This document shows positions 1 to 15,772 of a stretch of DNA of 64,000 bases, piece by piece. The stretch comes from Ascidiella aspersa (lineage: Eukaryota). A program made the position numbers and the translations under genes. The stretch spans positions 12,772,001 to 12,836,000 of the forward strand of contig OZ004610.1 in NCBI GenBank assembly GCA_963924565.1. Reading direction: 5' to 3'. Positions within the stretch are counted from its first letter, which is position 1. Every line of letters starts with the position of its first letter. The notes under the pieces were generated by a model that was not told the origin of the DNA, did no database searches, and saw only the letters and a list, made by a program, of their open reading frames with translations.

Positions 1-500
1 GACATGTTGATTGACCCAAGTGCTCCTAGCGTTCATGTAAACACGTTTGTGAGCACCGCACCCCTTTCATTATTCTTTGTGGTATTTTCACCTATTTTTA
101 GATGTAAGTACGTTCAGGTTACGCCTTTGAAATAGCCACCCAATGTAATCTTTGAGCTTAAACACGTACCGATGTAACCACATTGGTATTCAATATAGCC
201 TACCACACGCTCACCACCAGTGGAATGCAATGGTTTCATAAACTTTTATTGTCTAATTTCGTAGCAACTTAAACCAGGGTTTCCCAAACTGTGGTCCGCG
301 AATTATTGGTGGTCCGCGAGGACTGCACGGGTGGTCCGTGGCGATATTACGAGAAATTAAAATGCCACACAGATACGTTGTCCAGTACGTACCCTTTTAA
401 ATAAATTGACGCAGTTATTCACAACATAACGATTTCGAAAGCTTTTGCTATCCAGTATCGTGAATCTTACTTGTTGCACCTTTGTTGTAGTCAAAAAGTA

Positions 501-611
501 AAATACAGGTCCAGACTTTCCGTGGATTCTAACTTATGAGTTTGCCTTTCATAAATAAATCCTAGAATTTATGATTTATGCAGAAAGAAGCAATCGCACA
601 CGTCTCATTGA
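501..611 (+). pseudogene. Decayed C-terminus of a Charlie/Buster-type hAT transposase
   Basis: Reads KYRSRLSVDSNL*VCLS*INPRIYDLCRKKQSHTSH* with two in-frame stops. It resembles the ...KYRSRL...P....LC..KQAHxSH* end of this transposase family. Confidence 0.75.
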
Positions 612-708
612 TGTTTTCAGTTTGTAATTAAGTAAAATTCGTTTTTTGTTATTTTTTGCTTTGTATTGCGGTCTGCGAAAAAACTGTTTCACAAATAGTG
701 GTCCGCGG

Positions 709-2391
709 CAGGGGCGGATCTAGAGTGGGGGCGATATGGCCATGGCCACCCCCAAACTAAAAAAAAATTAACATTTTTTTAACTTTAAAGCAGCTTTTTT
801 TCGCGCTTCCCTAGGTAGTATGACCTATTTTCGCCAAAATAGGACATATTTTTAAGCTTTGTAGTGTGATGTATGGGCTCATGGCGCCATAGTGAATATT
901 TCAAAAAAAGTGTAAAATTCGTTTCGCGAACTCGCGCAAAGCGGCGTTTTTCAGATTTTGCAGCGACGGCATATGTGGCCGTACGCTGAGACTATATAAT
1001 AAACGAACTTGAATCCAAGTAAAATTGAAAGCTTTTTGGTGTTAATGCAAATCTGTATCAGAACCAGCCCGCCAATATAATTCATCCGGCCTGTCGCCTC
1101 TTTGACAAATTAGACACGAGTCCATTTGAATTACTTTTTTGACTATTTTAAGTGTGTAAATGCAAAAAATGTTCCCGCTTTGCGCGAATCATCTATCTAC
1201 ATCCAGTGTGTTTACATGCTGATGCTCTTTTTGAACTAGATCAGCGCTTCTTTACCGTTGCGCCGTGGAAGACTGCCATGTGCGTCGCGGACAAACGAAA
1301 AACGTATTCAAAAATAATGGACAAATATTTTTTAACCAATTTTTTTTACAACTCGTAAGAAATTTAGAAGAAATACCGGTATACCAAAAAAATCGCGCTC
1401 GCTTCGCTTCCCAGGTGTGCCCGGAATAGTTAACGAACACTAAAATAGATTAACTATTAAACTTATTGCGTTTCCTCAAAGTAGTTTTATTACACTTTTT
1501 TAATAGTAGCATTCTAAACCGTTAACGTTTTTAAAGAACCGTAAACGCCTTTTTTTTTCAAAAATAAACGTTTTTTAAATTTTTTTAAAGTAAAGGCTTT
1601 GTTTAGCGCTTTGCGCCAAGACTTTACTGATTCCTTCAAAGTAATTATAAAAACATTTTTAAAGTGCAAAAAATATCCGCCAACCTGATTCACAATTGTT
1701 TCAAAGTTGTCATAACACAAAATCTCAGTTAACATATGTTGTGCGGCCCGCAGAGACCTTTCTGAGTTAGTTTGGTTTTGGCCTGCCACTACAAAAAGGT
1801 TGCTGACTCCTGTGTAAGGATTTTAATAACCTATCCAATGTTAGGATTAAATGTTAGGATTTTTCTGCATAGAGTTTTGCTCATTTCAGCAACCTTATTT
1901 GACAAAAAACAATTACAGTAACTTAAAAATTGAGAGAAGTGCCATGAAAGAAGCACAGCCGACTGCAGCAGACAACGCTATGGTTTTGTTATGACGTGGC
2001 CTCGGCCCTTTTTCGGGGGGCATGTGAGGTTGCTCTCGCCTTTTCGGGAAAAAGCAAGATGTGTAGACAATAGACATGGTAGCGTCTTTCAGCAATATTC
2101 TCCATACAGGGTCACACTAGGAAACCGGCCAACTGTAGAGGCTAACCTTATTACTTTTTCGTGCTTTCAAAAGGTCGGTTTTTCGCGCTACGCGGAATAA
2201 TTTGTTTAACAACCCGAATAATGTTATTTTGCACGAGTTCGTTTGTTCGGACAGCCGATGTTATTTTTACCTGAATTATGACGTCACGCAATGACATACT
2301 TTTGTGACGTCATATCTGAAAAAAAAAAGTGACGTCATATCATAAAAAAATTCATGGCCCTCCCCAAACTAAAATCCTAGATCCGCGCCTG
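709..2391. mobile_element. Non-autonomous hAT-like element nested in the 275-2423 element
   Basis: TIRs CAGGGGCGGATCTAG and CTAGATCCGCGCCTG (14/15 match). Perfect 8-bp TSD GTCCGCGG at 701-708 and 2392-2399. Confidence 0.92.
1059..1812. mobile_element. hAT MITE, third nesting layer, with a degraded left end
   Basis: Right TIR AAAGGTTGCTGACTCCTG ends at 1812. The body aligns by eye with the reverse complement of 55872-56469. The left boundary is approximate. Confidence 0.75.
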
Positions 2392-3539
2392 GTCCGCGGT
2401 CCAAAAAAGTTTCGGAAACCCTGCCTTAGACCAAAGCTTGTGCTATTTTGTATTATAATTCAACTATTATTGCGTTAAATTTGCTTTCTACGTATAGTGG
2501 ATTGTATGGTCAATAACCAGAAACTCGGCGTTAATACCATGGCATCTATAGTATTCAACTACAGGTTTGCCAAAACAAAACACTTTACTTTGCATATAAA
2601 ATTAAATCTAATCTACTTCTAATTGTTTCAATTTGAGATGGCATTCAAGCATTAGTTCGTCTGGGTGCGGCAGTTGATTGTATTGCACTTTTTAACGGAT
2701 TTTTATTTTTTTTGTATATTGCACTCTGAACTTGAAAAACATAAATCCTAATTCGACATATAGCCAATATAACCATCTAAAGACTTTTTGCATCACTATC
2801 ACGAGTTATCCACTCTATTTATACTTTTCATAACATCCTATTTTACAGTATCATCTTACTTACCCCAGTCAGGATAATTTTCTTTTGAGGAATCATCAGC
2901 AATTTCATCGCTACGAACAGTTAAAATTATAGCTTGAAATACTGCAACAAATATCAGCAAACACCTAAACAGCTGTGCATCGCAGCATAACATGGCTTTT
3001 CTTGTAAAATAGTACAATTTAACTTTGCATCAACTGAGCAGATCACACTGGATTGCAAAGTTGCTGTTTCTAATTCCCCCCTTGCAAAATTGTTTACACC
3101 AGTTTAGTGCGAAGGCATGTATTAGAATACCCCTTCGAGAACTTTCCTTCCGCCGAAAACAAACTGTCGCGTGTTGGCCCGTTGGTTGTTATACTTTCGG
3201 TGGGCGTCGTGATGCTGATTTGGCACGACAAGGACACAATCAGTTAGCTGTAGGCCTATATTTTCAGCAAACTGGGTTGACAGGCAACCTGAATTTCTTG
3301 TAAACTCACCTTAATAAATACAATAGACTTGTACTTTTTATTCCCAAAGCAAAACAGCGCAAATTCTGGCAATAAAGGTATCTGAACCGTTTTGTACTTG
3401 TTTGTATTCATTTTATACGCTGTACAACGTTGTGCGAATTTACCTAAAATTATGAAACGCTTCCAAGCAAAACGCCATGATTCAGCGAGCATCCCAGCGC
3501 AGAAGTGTTATTTCATGTCGAAACTGAGATCTCAGAGCG

Positions 3540-6429
3540 CTAGCTGTGCTTTTCGATCCAGTCCAGGTAGTGATCGACTTGCGTGTAGACTCCGGGCAGC
3601 TTTCCACCCCCGCACTTGTCACCAAAGGACGTGATACCGGCGAGAAACCACCTTCCGTCGTCCGACAAGCACGCCAGTGGCCCACCGCTGTCACCCTGAG
3701 GGCGAGAAAAAAAAAGAAACGAGAGATGTTTATTCAATCTTGTTTATACGATAAAGGCTTTTAAAAATTATAAAACGACTTCACTAACGAAGCAAAACCG
3801 TCTTCGAAAAGTAGGATGTGATATCAAATGTAGCTTGCATTGTTTACCAAACAACTAATGGATATACATTACCTGTATACAGAGGCTATATGATGAAATA
3901 AAAACCTTAATCGTTTTACTTTATTAGCCAATTTTATTTTCCCAAAAAAGTTGTCTACTCCTCCACGAAACGTCAGGCAAAAATTTATAAAAACTGATAC
4001 AAGAAAAAACCTTACTAAAAAAGAAAAACCTAAGCATTTTTTCTCACTGTGCAGCTATATAAAAAGGCATAAGCCTATTATTAGCTCTAACGTGTGTTTT
4101 CACAACAATATTATTCCGTATAATTATTATCCTCCAGGTTGTAGCCTATACAGAACACTTTTAATTTAATACCAATGCTACCCTAAACATGTGCAAAATA
4201 CTCATGATCTACGTTCGCTAGTTTTTCATTTTACCTGACACGTGTCTCCATCTTTTGAGGAGGCACACACCACAGTTCTGGGGATGACCCAGTAGGCTCT
4301 CTCGCACTCTTCATCCTCTACGATCGTGGTGGAAGCTTGCATCAGGTGGTCAGATAAGATGTTCTCCACCCCGTTCGCTATGTTCTTACCTTATCGTGCA
4401 ATTAATTCGTTTATTTTGGGTCGATTTAACTTTTCGTTTTGAAGTAAGCGTTTGCGCATGTGAAAACAATAAACTCGTGGACTACGTTAATAGTCTCGCC
4501 ACCAGTATATATCAAGTAAAGTATAGTCCAACAAAAACTGCTCATTAGAAAAGCAAGTTCAAAAGAGTAAAATATCCCAAGCTTTCTTACGTACGGGTTT
4601 CTCCCCAACCGGTGACGTAACACACGGTTCCCGGCGACAAGTCGGGTCTTTTTCCCGGCAGGCAAATTGGCTGGATTCTTTCACCGAATTCCAGTGGTTT
4701 TTCCAACTGCGTGACACAGCGTTTTATTCATTAAATAGTCTTAAAAAAATTATTTTATTTAATACCTTCTTATGCTGACTCTAATTTTGCAAAAACACAA
4801 AAAAATTACCAAAACAATTATAAGTTTTTGTAGGATTAGGCATTTTTATGTACCGTACAGAATACTTGTAAGGTGTCGCATGAACCCTTGTTAGTTTTAA
4901 ACAAATATAGGAGACACGACACAAAACGAAAATGTGCAATGGCAATAAAAAATTGCTTGAATCTACCTCAACTAGAGCAATATCGTGGTCGCCGTTGAAA
5001 ATAAATTGTGAGTGGACTTTTATTGACTTGACCCTGACTATGACTCCGTCGTCAACGTAAGACATGCGGTGAATTCCAGCCATAACCAATACTCTGCTCG
5101 GCTTTCTAAATAAGTTAACAAACAAGAATAGTTTAATGTAAAAGTTTGTTCAGAACTTTTAATCAGTAAAATTAAATAGCTTCATGTTTAATTATGATTT
5201 AGAAAAATATAAAGTACGCTTTTAAAGAGCATAAAAACATATTTAAAACCCTAATTTTATCATAATATTCCAGAATGTCCTAAATTTTTAAACCGTACTT
5301 TTTAGTTCAGCTAGTTACGCACAAAAACGCCTAAAAGCTGCCCACAAAATGTTAGCAATAAAAAGGTTTTACTATGAAGGTTAGCGGGGTAAGCAACTAG
5401 GACAAACTAAGACACATCTCAGCTCGAACTACAAGGATAGATTTCAATTTAAACCAAATTGATTAAATAAGGCATAAAACAATTAACAAAAAACTTATCA
5501 AACAAAAGCAACGAAAAGTGGCAGAATAAAAAATATGTTACCTGACTCTGAGAAAGCAATGGGCTGCTGTGACGACGAAGTTTTGCGAAATAATGGAACC
5601 TCCGCATTCGTGCAGCTTGTCGATATGAATGGATACCTGAAAAGTGGTTTGTTTAATTAATCATAAACATAACTCATAACCTGACCATAAGACTTTTTTT
5701 AATATATTGTTGTCAAAATCAAGTCAATAACGTTTGCCACTTAAATGTAGTAAACAAGTTGTAATGAATGGTTCAACTTAAGTTAATTTAATCCATTCAT
5801 CAGACAGTAAATCAGCCAGGGATTTAATTCACTACAATCTTGTACAATCATTTATTTTTTATCCAACTTATTTTTTATTTACAGATCCCTTGTTTAGCGA
5901 ACCGCTCTTACCTGCCACGGCCAACTGTAGCGCCTCGCAATTTTCCCGTCCACGATTTTCTTGGCCGACACCGATACTTTGGGAGAGTTGTGGGGTTCAC
6001 CGCACAAAAAATCTCCGCTCCCTGATCCAGACCCTTTACGCAAAGCAATTTTATTACTAGATACACTTTTTTCGTTTGTGCGTCTGAATGTAGCCAAGTG
6101 ATTTTATTCAGTTATGCTATTTCATATAGCAGAGTTCTTTGCATATCGGTAACAAGTTTACCTAATAAATTGATGAGTACAAATGAGTGCGTTGCTTTCA
6201 GGAAAAAATATTTTGTAACCTAAAATCAACCTTGAATCAAATCAAATCATAGCAAATGGCTAACACTCTTACCCTCATCTTGAAAGTCGATTTTCTGCGA
6301 TTCATCAAGGTTGTAGGGTATTAAAAGGGCCTCGTTTAAAAGATCGTCTGTGCTGCTTGGCAAGAACTTCGGTCGACCCATTAATCCACAAGGCAACAGA
6401 AGAAGTACCAGGAAAACAGTTTCAATCAT
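3540..6429 (-). CDS. Secreted trypsin-like serine protease (S1A), 7 exons, about 311 aa
   Basis: Exons 6429-6273, 6033-5912, 5636-5542, 5105-4967, 4706-4595, 4389-4235, 3695-3540; all GT-AG and phase-consistent. Signal peptide [18 protein letters not shown]. Activation site KK|IVDG. Catalytic triad TAAHC, DIAL, GDSGGP. Asp189 (GDTCQ), Gly216 and Gly226 predict trypsin specificity. The exon 2 and exon 6 acceptors are AAG and less certain. Confidence 0.93.
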
Positions 6430-6516
6430 ATTAGCGTAATTTCAACAGATTATGCTTTGCCAAAGGCTTTACTCCAAACTTACTGCTTATCCAGCCAGGT
6501 CTGATCTGAGTCGCAC

Positions 6517-6524
6517 TATTTATA
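6517..6524 (-). promoter_or_regulatory. Candidate TATA box of protease gene 1
   Basis: TATAAATA on the minus strand, about 88 nt upstream of the ATG at 6429. Confidence 0.55.
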
Positions 6525-8210
6525 TTCTATTCTCAGCGATAAAGCAGTGTTTGCTACCGGCTTGTTCAAATTCCTTCGCTGCCGCATTTCGGACCAACTT
6601 AACCTTCTTCTGCCACCGTCACTCAGATTTTATTGATGGCAATTAACTCTACCATCATCTAACGCGATCCAGTCGCTTGCTAAACACCGCTTGCCGGTTG
6701 CCACACTTCGGTGTGATTGGTTTGAATGATGGCTGCCCGACAGGTTACGATCGTGTTCTGCTGGGCTGCAGCTAATTGGGCTGGCACTGTGCAAACATGT
6801 CCTGGGAAGTAGCGCTGACTTTAGATTGGCCACAAATAAAAAATCTTCAGCAGTTTTGTTCTTTCGAGAGCGTACAATTATGCAACGCCACATTAATCAA
6901 CTCTAAAAACAAAAAAACACATAACTTATCAGGCCGTTGAACTTATGTGAATACTTATTAGTTTGAAGAGACAGATTACTGGACAAACTTGAACTTTTAT
7001 AAAAGCTGAATTATTCGTTTCAGTTATTGACTCGTGTTTTAGATTGTTTCAAGTGTTGAATTGGATGCGTTTTCGAAGGCACAGAAGTTCCCTGTGCTGG
7101 CTTTACTCTTTTATCCCTTTTGGCTCGTATTTTAGATTTTGAGCAATAATCTCGAAGTGTGACATCACCTTGACTTCGCCATTGGTGGCTAACTGTATAT
7201 TTCACAAGATTTTCTTTTTCAAACCAGTAAACAACTTTTGTCCGCTTGGCCATCGCCGTCATGCATGGCGTGGCATGACTGCATACCTAATTGCTCGCTT
7301 CGGTGGTATTTTGTACATTGAATTGCTTTCCATTGTGCATGGTACGGTTGCTTCAATTTGAAATTACTTTACAATAAACTGTTATATTGTTTGATATTGA
7401 CGTTTTCGGCAATTTTTTAATTAGTCGCAATGTTTATCATTTGTATATTTTAATAAGAATCCAACGAGGTAAATTCGAAGAAAAATTAAAGCTAAATAAT
7501 TTTGTGTGGTGACCTTACCCTGTCTATATCAATGTCCACACAGAACTATTAGGCACGTGGGTACGGTTGGAAGAGTTTTATTGCATTTGTGTAAAACTTA
7601 AAGTTGAACAAATATAACAAAAGTTTGCTTGCTTCATACCGCCAGAGAGCGCTCATGTGTCACAGTCTAATGGGGATTTTGTGCGATCATGTTAACTGAG
7701 TGTCATCTTTTTAGTCGAGCGGATTTCTGTTTGGGTGCTTTGAGGTCATTTTTCCCATAGTAGTAAAATATTGTCGCTCCTTGAAATGATTTCTTTAAGC
7801 ATTTACAAATCTTGGGAGGTAATCAAAAAGAAGTGGGTATAAAAAATAGTAAATTAATCTAAAGTTAAAATAATTATATGAATCGTTAGAGATAGTTAAT
7901 CACTTCTGAAATGAATTATAAAAAAATACAAAAACAACGATATAAACATGTTTGAAATTACACGGTGTAAACAGAAACGGCAATAAAAGAAAATTAAAAA
8001 CATAACAACACGAATAGGCATTTTGGCACCTCGAAGAAAATTTAAAAGCTATAGATTTGTGGGCGACTAACTGCAAATATACTGAATCAGCGTGGAAAAA
8101 ATCATACAAAGAATCAAATCTTCTACAAACTATCAGAGTAACACCGACAACGCGAAAATAGGAAAAATAATCAAGTTCGTTCGCAATTCGGCGAACATTC
8201 TCGAAGCGCG

Positions 8211-11815
<3,605 letters not shown>

Positions 11816-11887
11816 GTTTAATATCGGACAGTTTCCTGCAGTCTAATTCTTGAGGACAGAAGAGACGACGTTTTCTAATATCTGTTC

Positions 11888-11895
11888 TATTTATG
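11888..11895 (-). promoter_or_regulatory. Candidate TATA-like box of protease gene 2
   Basis: CATAAATA on the minus strand, about 73 nt upstream of the ATG at 11815, a position similar to that in the paralogue. Confidence 0.4.
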
Positions 11896-14800
11896 CACTA
11901 ATTAATAAAGCGCCCTTGGATGTAAAGTGCATGTCAAGTTTAGAGACGAAACATTGAGCACTTTTTATGACTGCCGTTGGCGATACAGTCGAAACTTAAT
12001 GGCTTTACTGCCCCCAGATTTCTAAGTCGATTCTAAACGCCTGCAATGGCTATAGTTATGACAAACATAGCCGCTGAAGCTCGGGGCATAACTTTCCGAC
12101 AGCCGTATCGTATGACGTTCATACAATTCGATGAAGTCTGACGTGAGTTGCAAAAAATTCGTGCTCAAGTAAAATGCAAAGCCGGTCTAAACATAGAGTG
12201 GCGAACAAAATGTGCGGTGCCTGGACCAAATCGGTAACACCGGTAACAAAATTGATTTCTGGGAGTGCCAGTTGTCAAAATAAGCAATTCTAGAAGAGAC
12301 ATTTCAGTGCGCCTTCATTATTTGCACAATATTTGACCGCGGGCGATAAGCAGGAATATTCGACATCACGCCCGAATTCTGCGGTACAAGGGCAGCGCTA
12401 ATTGACACTTAGGATGGGAATAGAATCTACATTTACTGTACAGCGAAGTAGGAATATCTTTAGGTTCATGCTGGCAAAAAAACAGCAAATCTGACAATAC
12501 CTCGGCTTTCCTAAAACGTAACACGTCTTAATTTTGGTTGCTTCAACTATACGACGTCTTCTGTGATCACCGAATATCATTCTAAGAAATCTAAATGCCG
12601 AGCATGATTGTGCTCCAAGTTTTATAGCGCTGATTTTTGACGTAACCTTACTGAAATCGCGTAAACAAAATTTCTCCTGCATGTTTCGCACACCACATGT
12701 TAAATTTGGTGGCAGATAGGGAGTTGACTCATTTTGAAAAACATAACTGCGCGTCTGGGTGCTGACTGGTGTTCAACGGTGGTTTCAGGATGAAACGTTT
12801 AATCTAGATCAAACAGAATGATACTCATTTGTTAAGTATCCTGTTACTGATTCTTTTCCAAATAGAATTGGAATTCTGCTGGCTGTACTGTAATGGCAAA
12901 ACTAAAGACATTTATAATTACAACTGCGTGACCACAAGCACTGATATAAATCAGGAATTGTGTAAAACTAAAAATGACTAACAGTTTTTACATGGCTGAT
13001 CAATTATTGCTTTGTCGGACGCAACAGATTGGCATATAGATGGAACGATCTTACATGTGTTCCTGACTATGAATCATGACAAAGAAATGAGTAATTTCGT
13101 ACAAAATTTTATTGATATAGCGACTGCAATCTGATTTCGATAGGGTCGTAAAATAGGATAACGACGCTAAGCAACAACGAACCGAGAAAAACATTTCGAA
13201 GACAATCACCCGTGACGTAAGTTACGTAAATTTGAGTCGCCGCAAGGATTATTTGGCCACTTTCATCGCCAAAGCACGTCGGATGACGGAAAACTTGGGC
13301 GAGCAACAGAACTAAGATGAAACAAACAACTCTGTGGATAGAGTACGTATGGGCAACGAAGGGGGCATAAAGAGGGGATGTCAGAACGAAATGGCGCGCG
13401 TGCGGGCGCTAAAACATACCACAATTGCATAATGAAGGTGAGAAGAAACAACAAGTGTGTCAAGAACGGGGCCGAAACGAGCAGCGGGCTTGTTTTCTAT
13501 TCGAATCGACGTAGTTGGGACGCGCCGCGCCTGCGACAAACACACAAGCACCCGGAGAAATTGCGGATATTGCACAGTGATCAGCAAAAAGCGCAAAACT
13601 GGCTGGCGGCGACTTTCGGCTGGCAAGCGGACTATTGTACGTTTCAGGACGAACTTGTGTCCTTTTAGTTCATATTCGAGCGGCACTTGTCCTCGCGTTT
13701 CGCCGAAAGGTAAAACGCGAATTTTTAAAACAATAAAATCTCGTTTTCGTGCGTTTTGGTTTACAGCTTGTTTTTGACTTCATAGTTGTCGGTCAGGCTG
13801 ATGCGTCAGCGTGCACATAGAAGACTGAAATTATGTCAGCAACATCTAGTCGCGATAAAAACAGGAAAAATAACCTCAGTAACGTTGGTAATTACGAAGA
13901 TATATCGATTAATAGGTGCTCGATTAATATTGAAAGTACTGCGATTTGCAATAACTACGCCCAATGTGTTTTAAGGTGGAATGTCAGAAAAGTTGGCGAT
14001 TGAAGTGATCTGCGTTTCACAACTATAGATCATAGACGTGGTGGAAGATTTAAAATCTATAAAAGTTGTGTCAAATTCTTGAGTGAGAGTCGAACTTTAA
14101 CAGCATTTTTAAGACTCGTTGATAGATTGCAACAAAACATTTTATTATTGCTTGTTTCAGTAAGTTTGTAAAAATGTTTATAATAATATGTTTTAAGCTC
14201 TATAAATGAGGGGACTCGGCTTGTCGAAATACCAAAATCGCCCTGAGTGTAAAAGAATCAAATAGTAAGCTTATATGGACTTTTTTTGACTATTTTCTCT
14301 CTGTGGAAATACTACTTTTCGGTCCTATATTCTGGTTAAAACAACAGTTGTAATTTAAAGTGGCCAAAAGATCGCAAAGCAACAAAGGTAGGGTTAAAAA
14401 GACCTGGACGCTTTTTAGGTAGACCATAATAAAAAATCGGTCTTGATTGCGTATCGTCCAGCTTTTGTCGTTTAGTAATCGTTTTTTTCCAAGCAACGCC
14501 GGGACAGCAAATACCGTGCGAAAGAGAACACCCGGCCAATAAATAAAAGGAGTGAGCATTAAATAATCGCGAGCAAGCGTGGATGGAATGACAGATCAGG
14601 CGGCGAAAAGAAAAACAGGCAACTATCAGACAAGCTCAAAAAAAAAGCGGCAAACTTTTTCCAGCAGCAACATGGCAAAGCAAATCGTGTCGATTTTTTT
14701 TTTGAAAAATAGTGCGCACGTCTCGCAAAAGGCTAAAATATACGCTCGGATGAATTAAAATAAAAGAAACACCAACCGTCGGAACAAATAAGGACGATCA

Positions 14801-15772
14801 GACGGCGCCATAATTGCACTATTTTCGCAGACGACCCCCTTGTACTAGAAGGCGCACTGCAAAGGCGGGGGATCGTGGGTGATCCAGGGGTAAACAGTGA
14901 ACTGGGGTTCCGGGGTACCCAGATACACAAGAGCAAGCGGCGCAAAAACAAGCAGGTATTTAAGTGCGCGATGGTTGAACGAATTCGGCGAAACCGATGC
15001 CGGAAAAGTTTTGCTTTCTCGCATGGGCTATCATGCGGCCGTTTGCAATTCGCGTTGCACAATTGGGCTGCTCGCGCTAATTTGAAACCAAGTGGTTTGG
15101 CAATACAACTTTCAGGAAATGTCAAAGATTAGCTTAATGGCTTTAGGCGGTTATCCATACTCGAAACTTGCGTTATTTCCATCGGAAATGGTAGTATGTG
15201 GGCATTAATATCTGTACTTTGGTACCCATAATCTAAAATATGCTATTAACACACAATCGATCGGGGTTAAATGGAAAGAAAAACGCAATGTTAAAATAAC
15301 GTGCGAGAGTATTATTGCGATCCTCAACAAATAAGGGTTTAATCACGCCCTAAAGAAAAAGAAGGCGCTCGGAAACACATTATAGGTTCACCAACGTTAA
15401 ACAAAAGCATTTTTAAATGAGGCACAAGCGGTATCGACTATTACGTCATAAATGCACGACTGTCTGCGTCACCAAGTGTTCGACAAGGCGTCAGGCGCAT
15501 CAATCAAAAGCACTCGACAAAACGTGTACGGAAAACTATCAAAGATCCACATAATAAAACCAGAACAGCGCAGATGTCAGAACACGAATAAAGATAATAA
15601 TAATATAAGGAGCTGCGAAACACGTAAGGCTAAGCAAGACACAGTAACTATGTAGAATAGTCGTTGCAATAAATAGATACAGTCAGTAAACAGCGGCAAA
15701 ACGGCATGGTTATTGAAAACAACAAAACAAGTGGAAGTTAAGAAATATAATGCAGTAGAACACAAACCGGGG

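Larger units (their letters stand above)
275..2423 (+). mobile_element. Internally deleted hAT (Charlie/Buster-type) element, outer host of nested insertions
   Basis: TIRs CAGGGTTTCCCAAACT (275) and AGTTTCGGAAACCCTG (ends 2423). Degenerate 8-bp TSD acttaaac/ccttagac. Subterminal GTGGTCCGCG repeats. A related copy lies in reverse orientation at 55592-56576. Confidence 0.85.

Noticed and set aside
1-135. Short plus-strand frame with a hydrophobic stretch and a GTAAGT
   Set aside because: Truncated by the window edge, with no recognisable motif; coding status cannot be supported.
13109-13974. CpG-rich block with several overlapping ORFs on both strands
   Set aside because: No recognisable protein motif or consistent exon structure. 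More likely regulatory or repeat-derived.
14733-15125. Cys-containing minus-strand ORF as a possible 13th exon of the glycosyltransferase (acceptor near 15108)
   Set aside because: Phase would fit, but the Cys spacing (C-x15-C) and sequence do not match the CHSY/CHPF tail, and the acceptor is weak.
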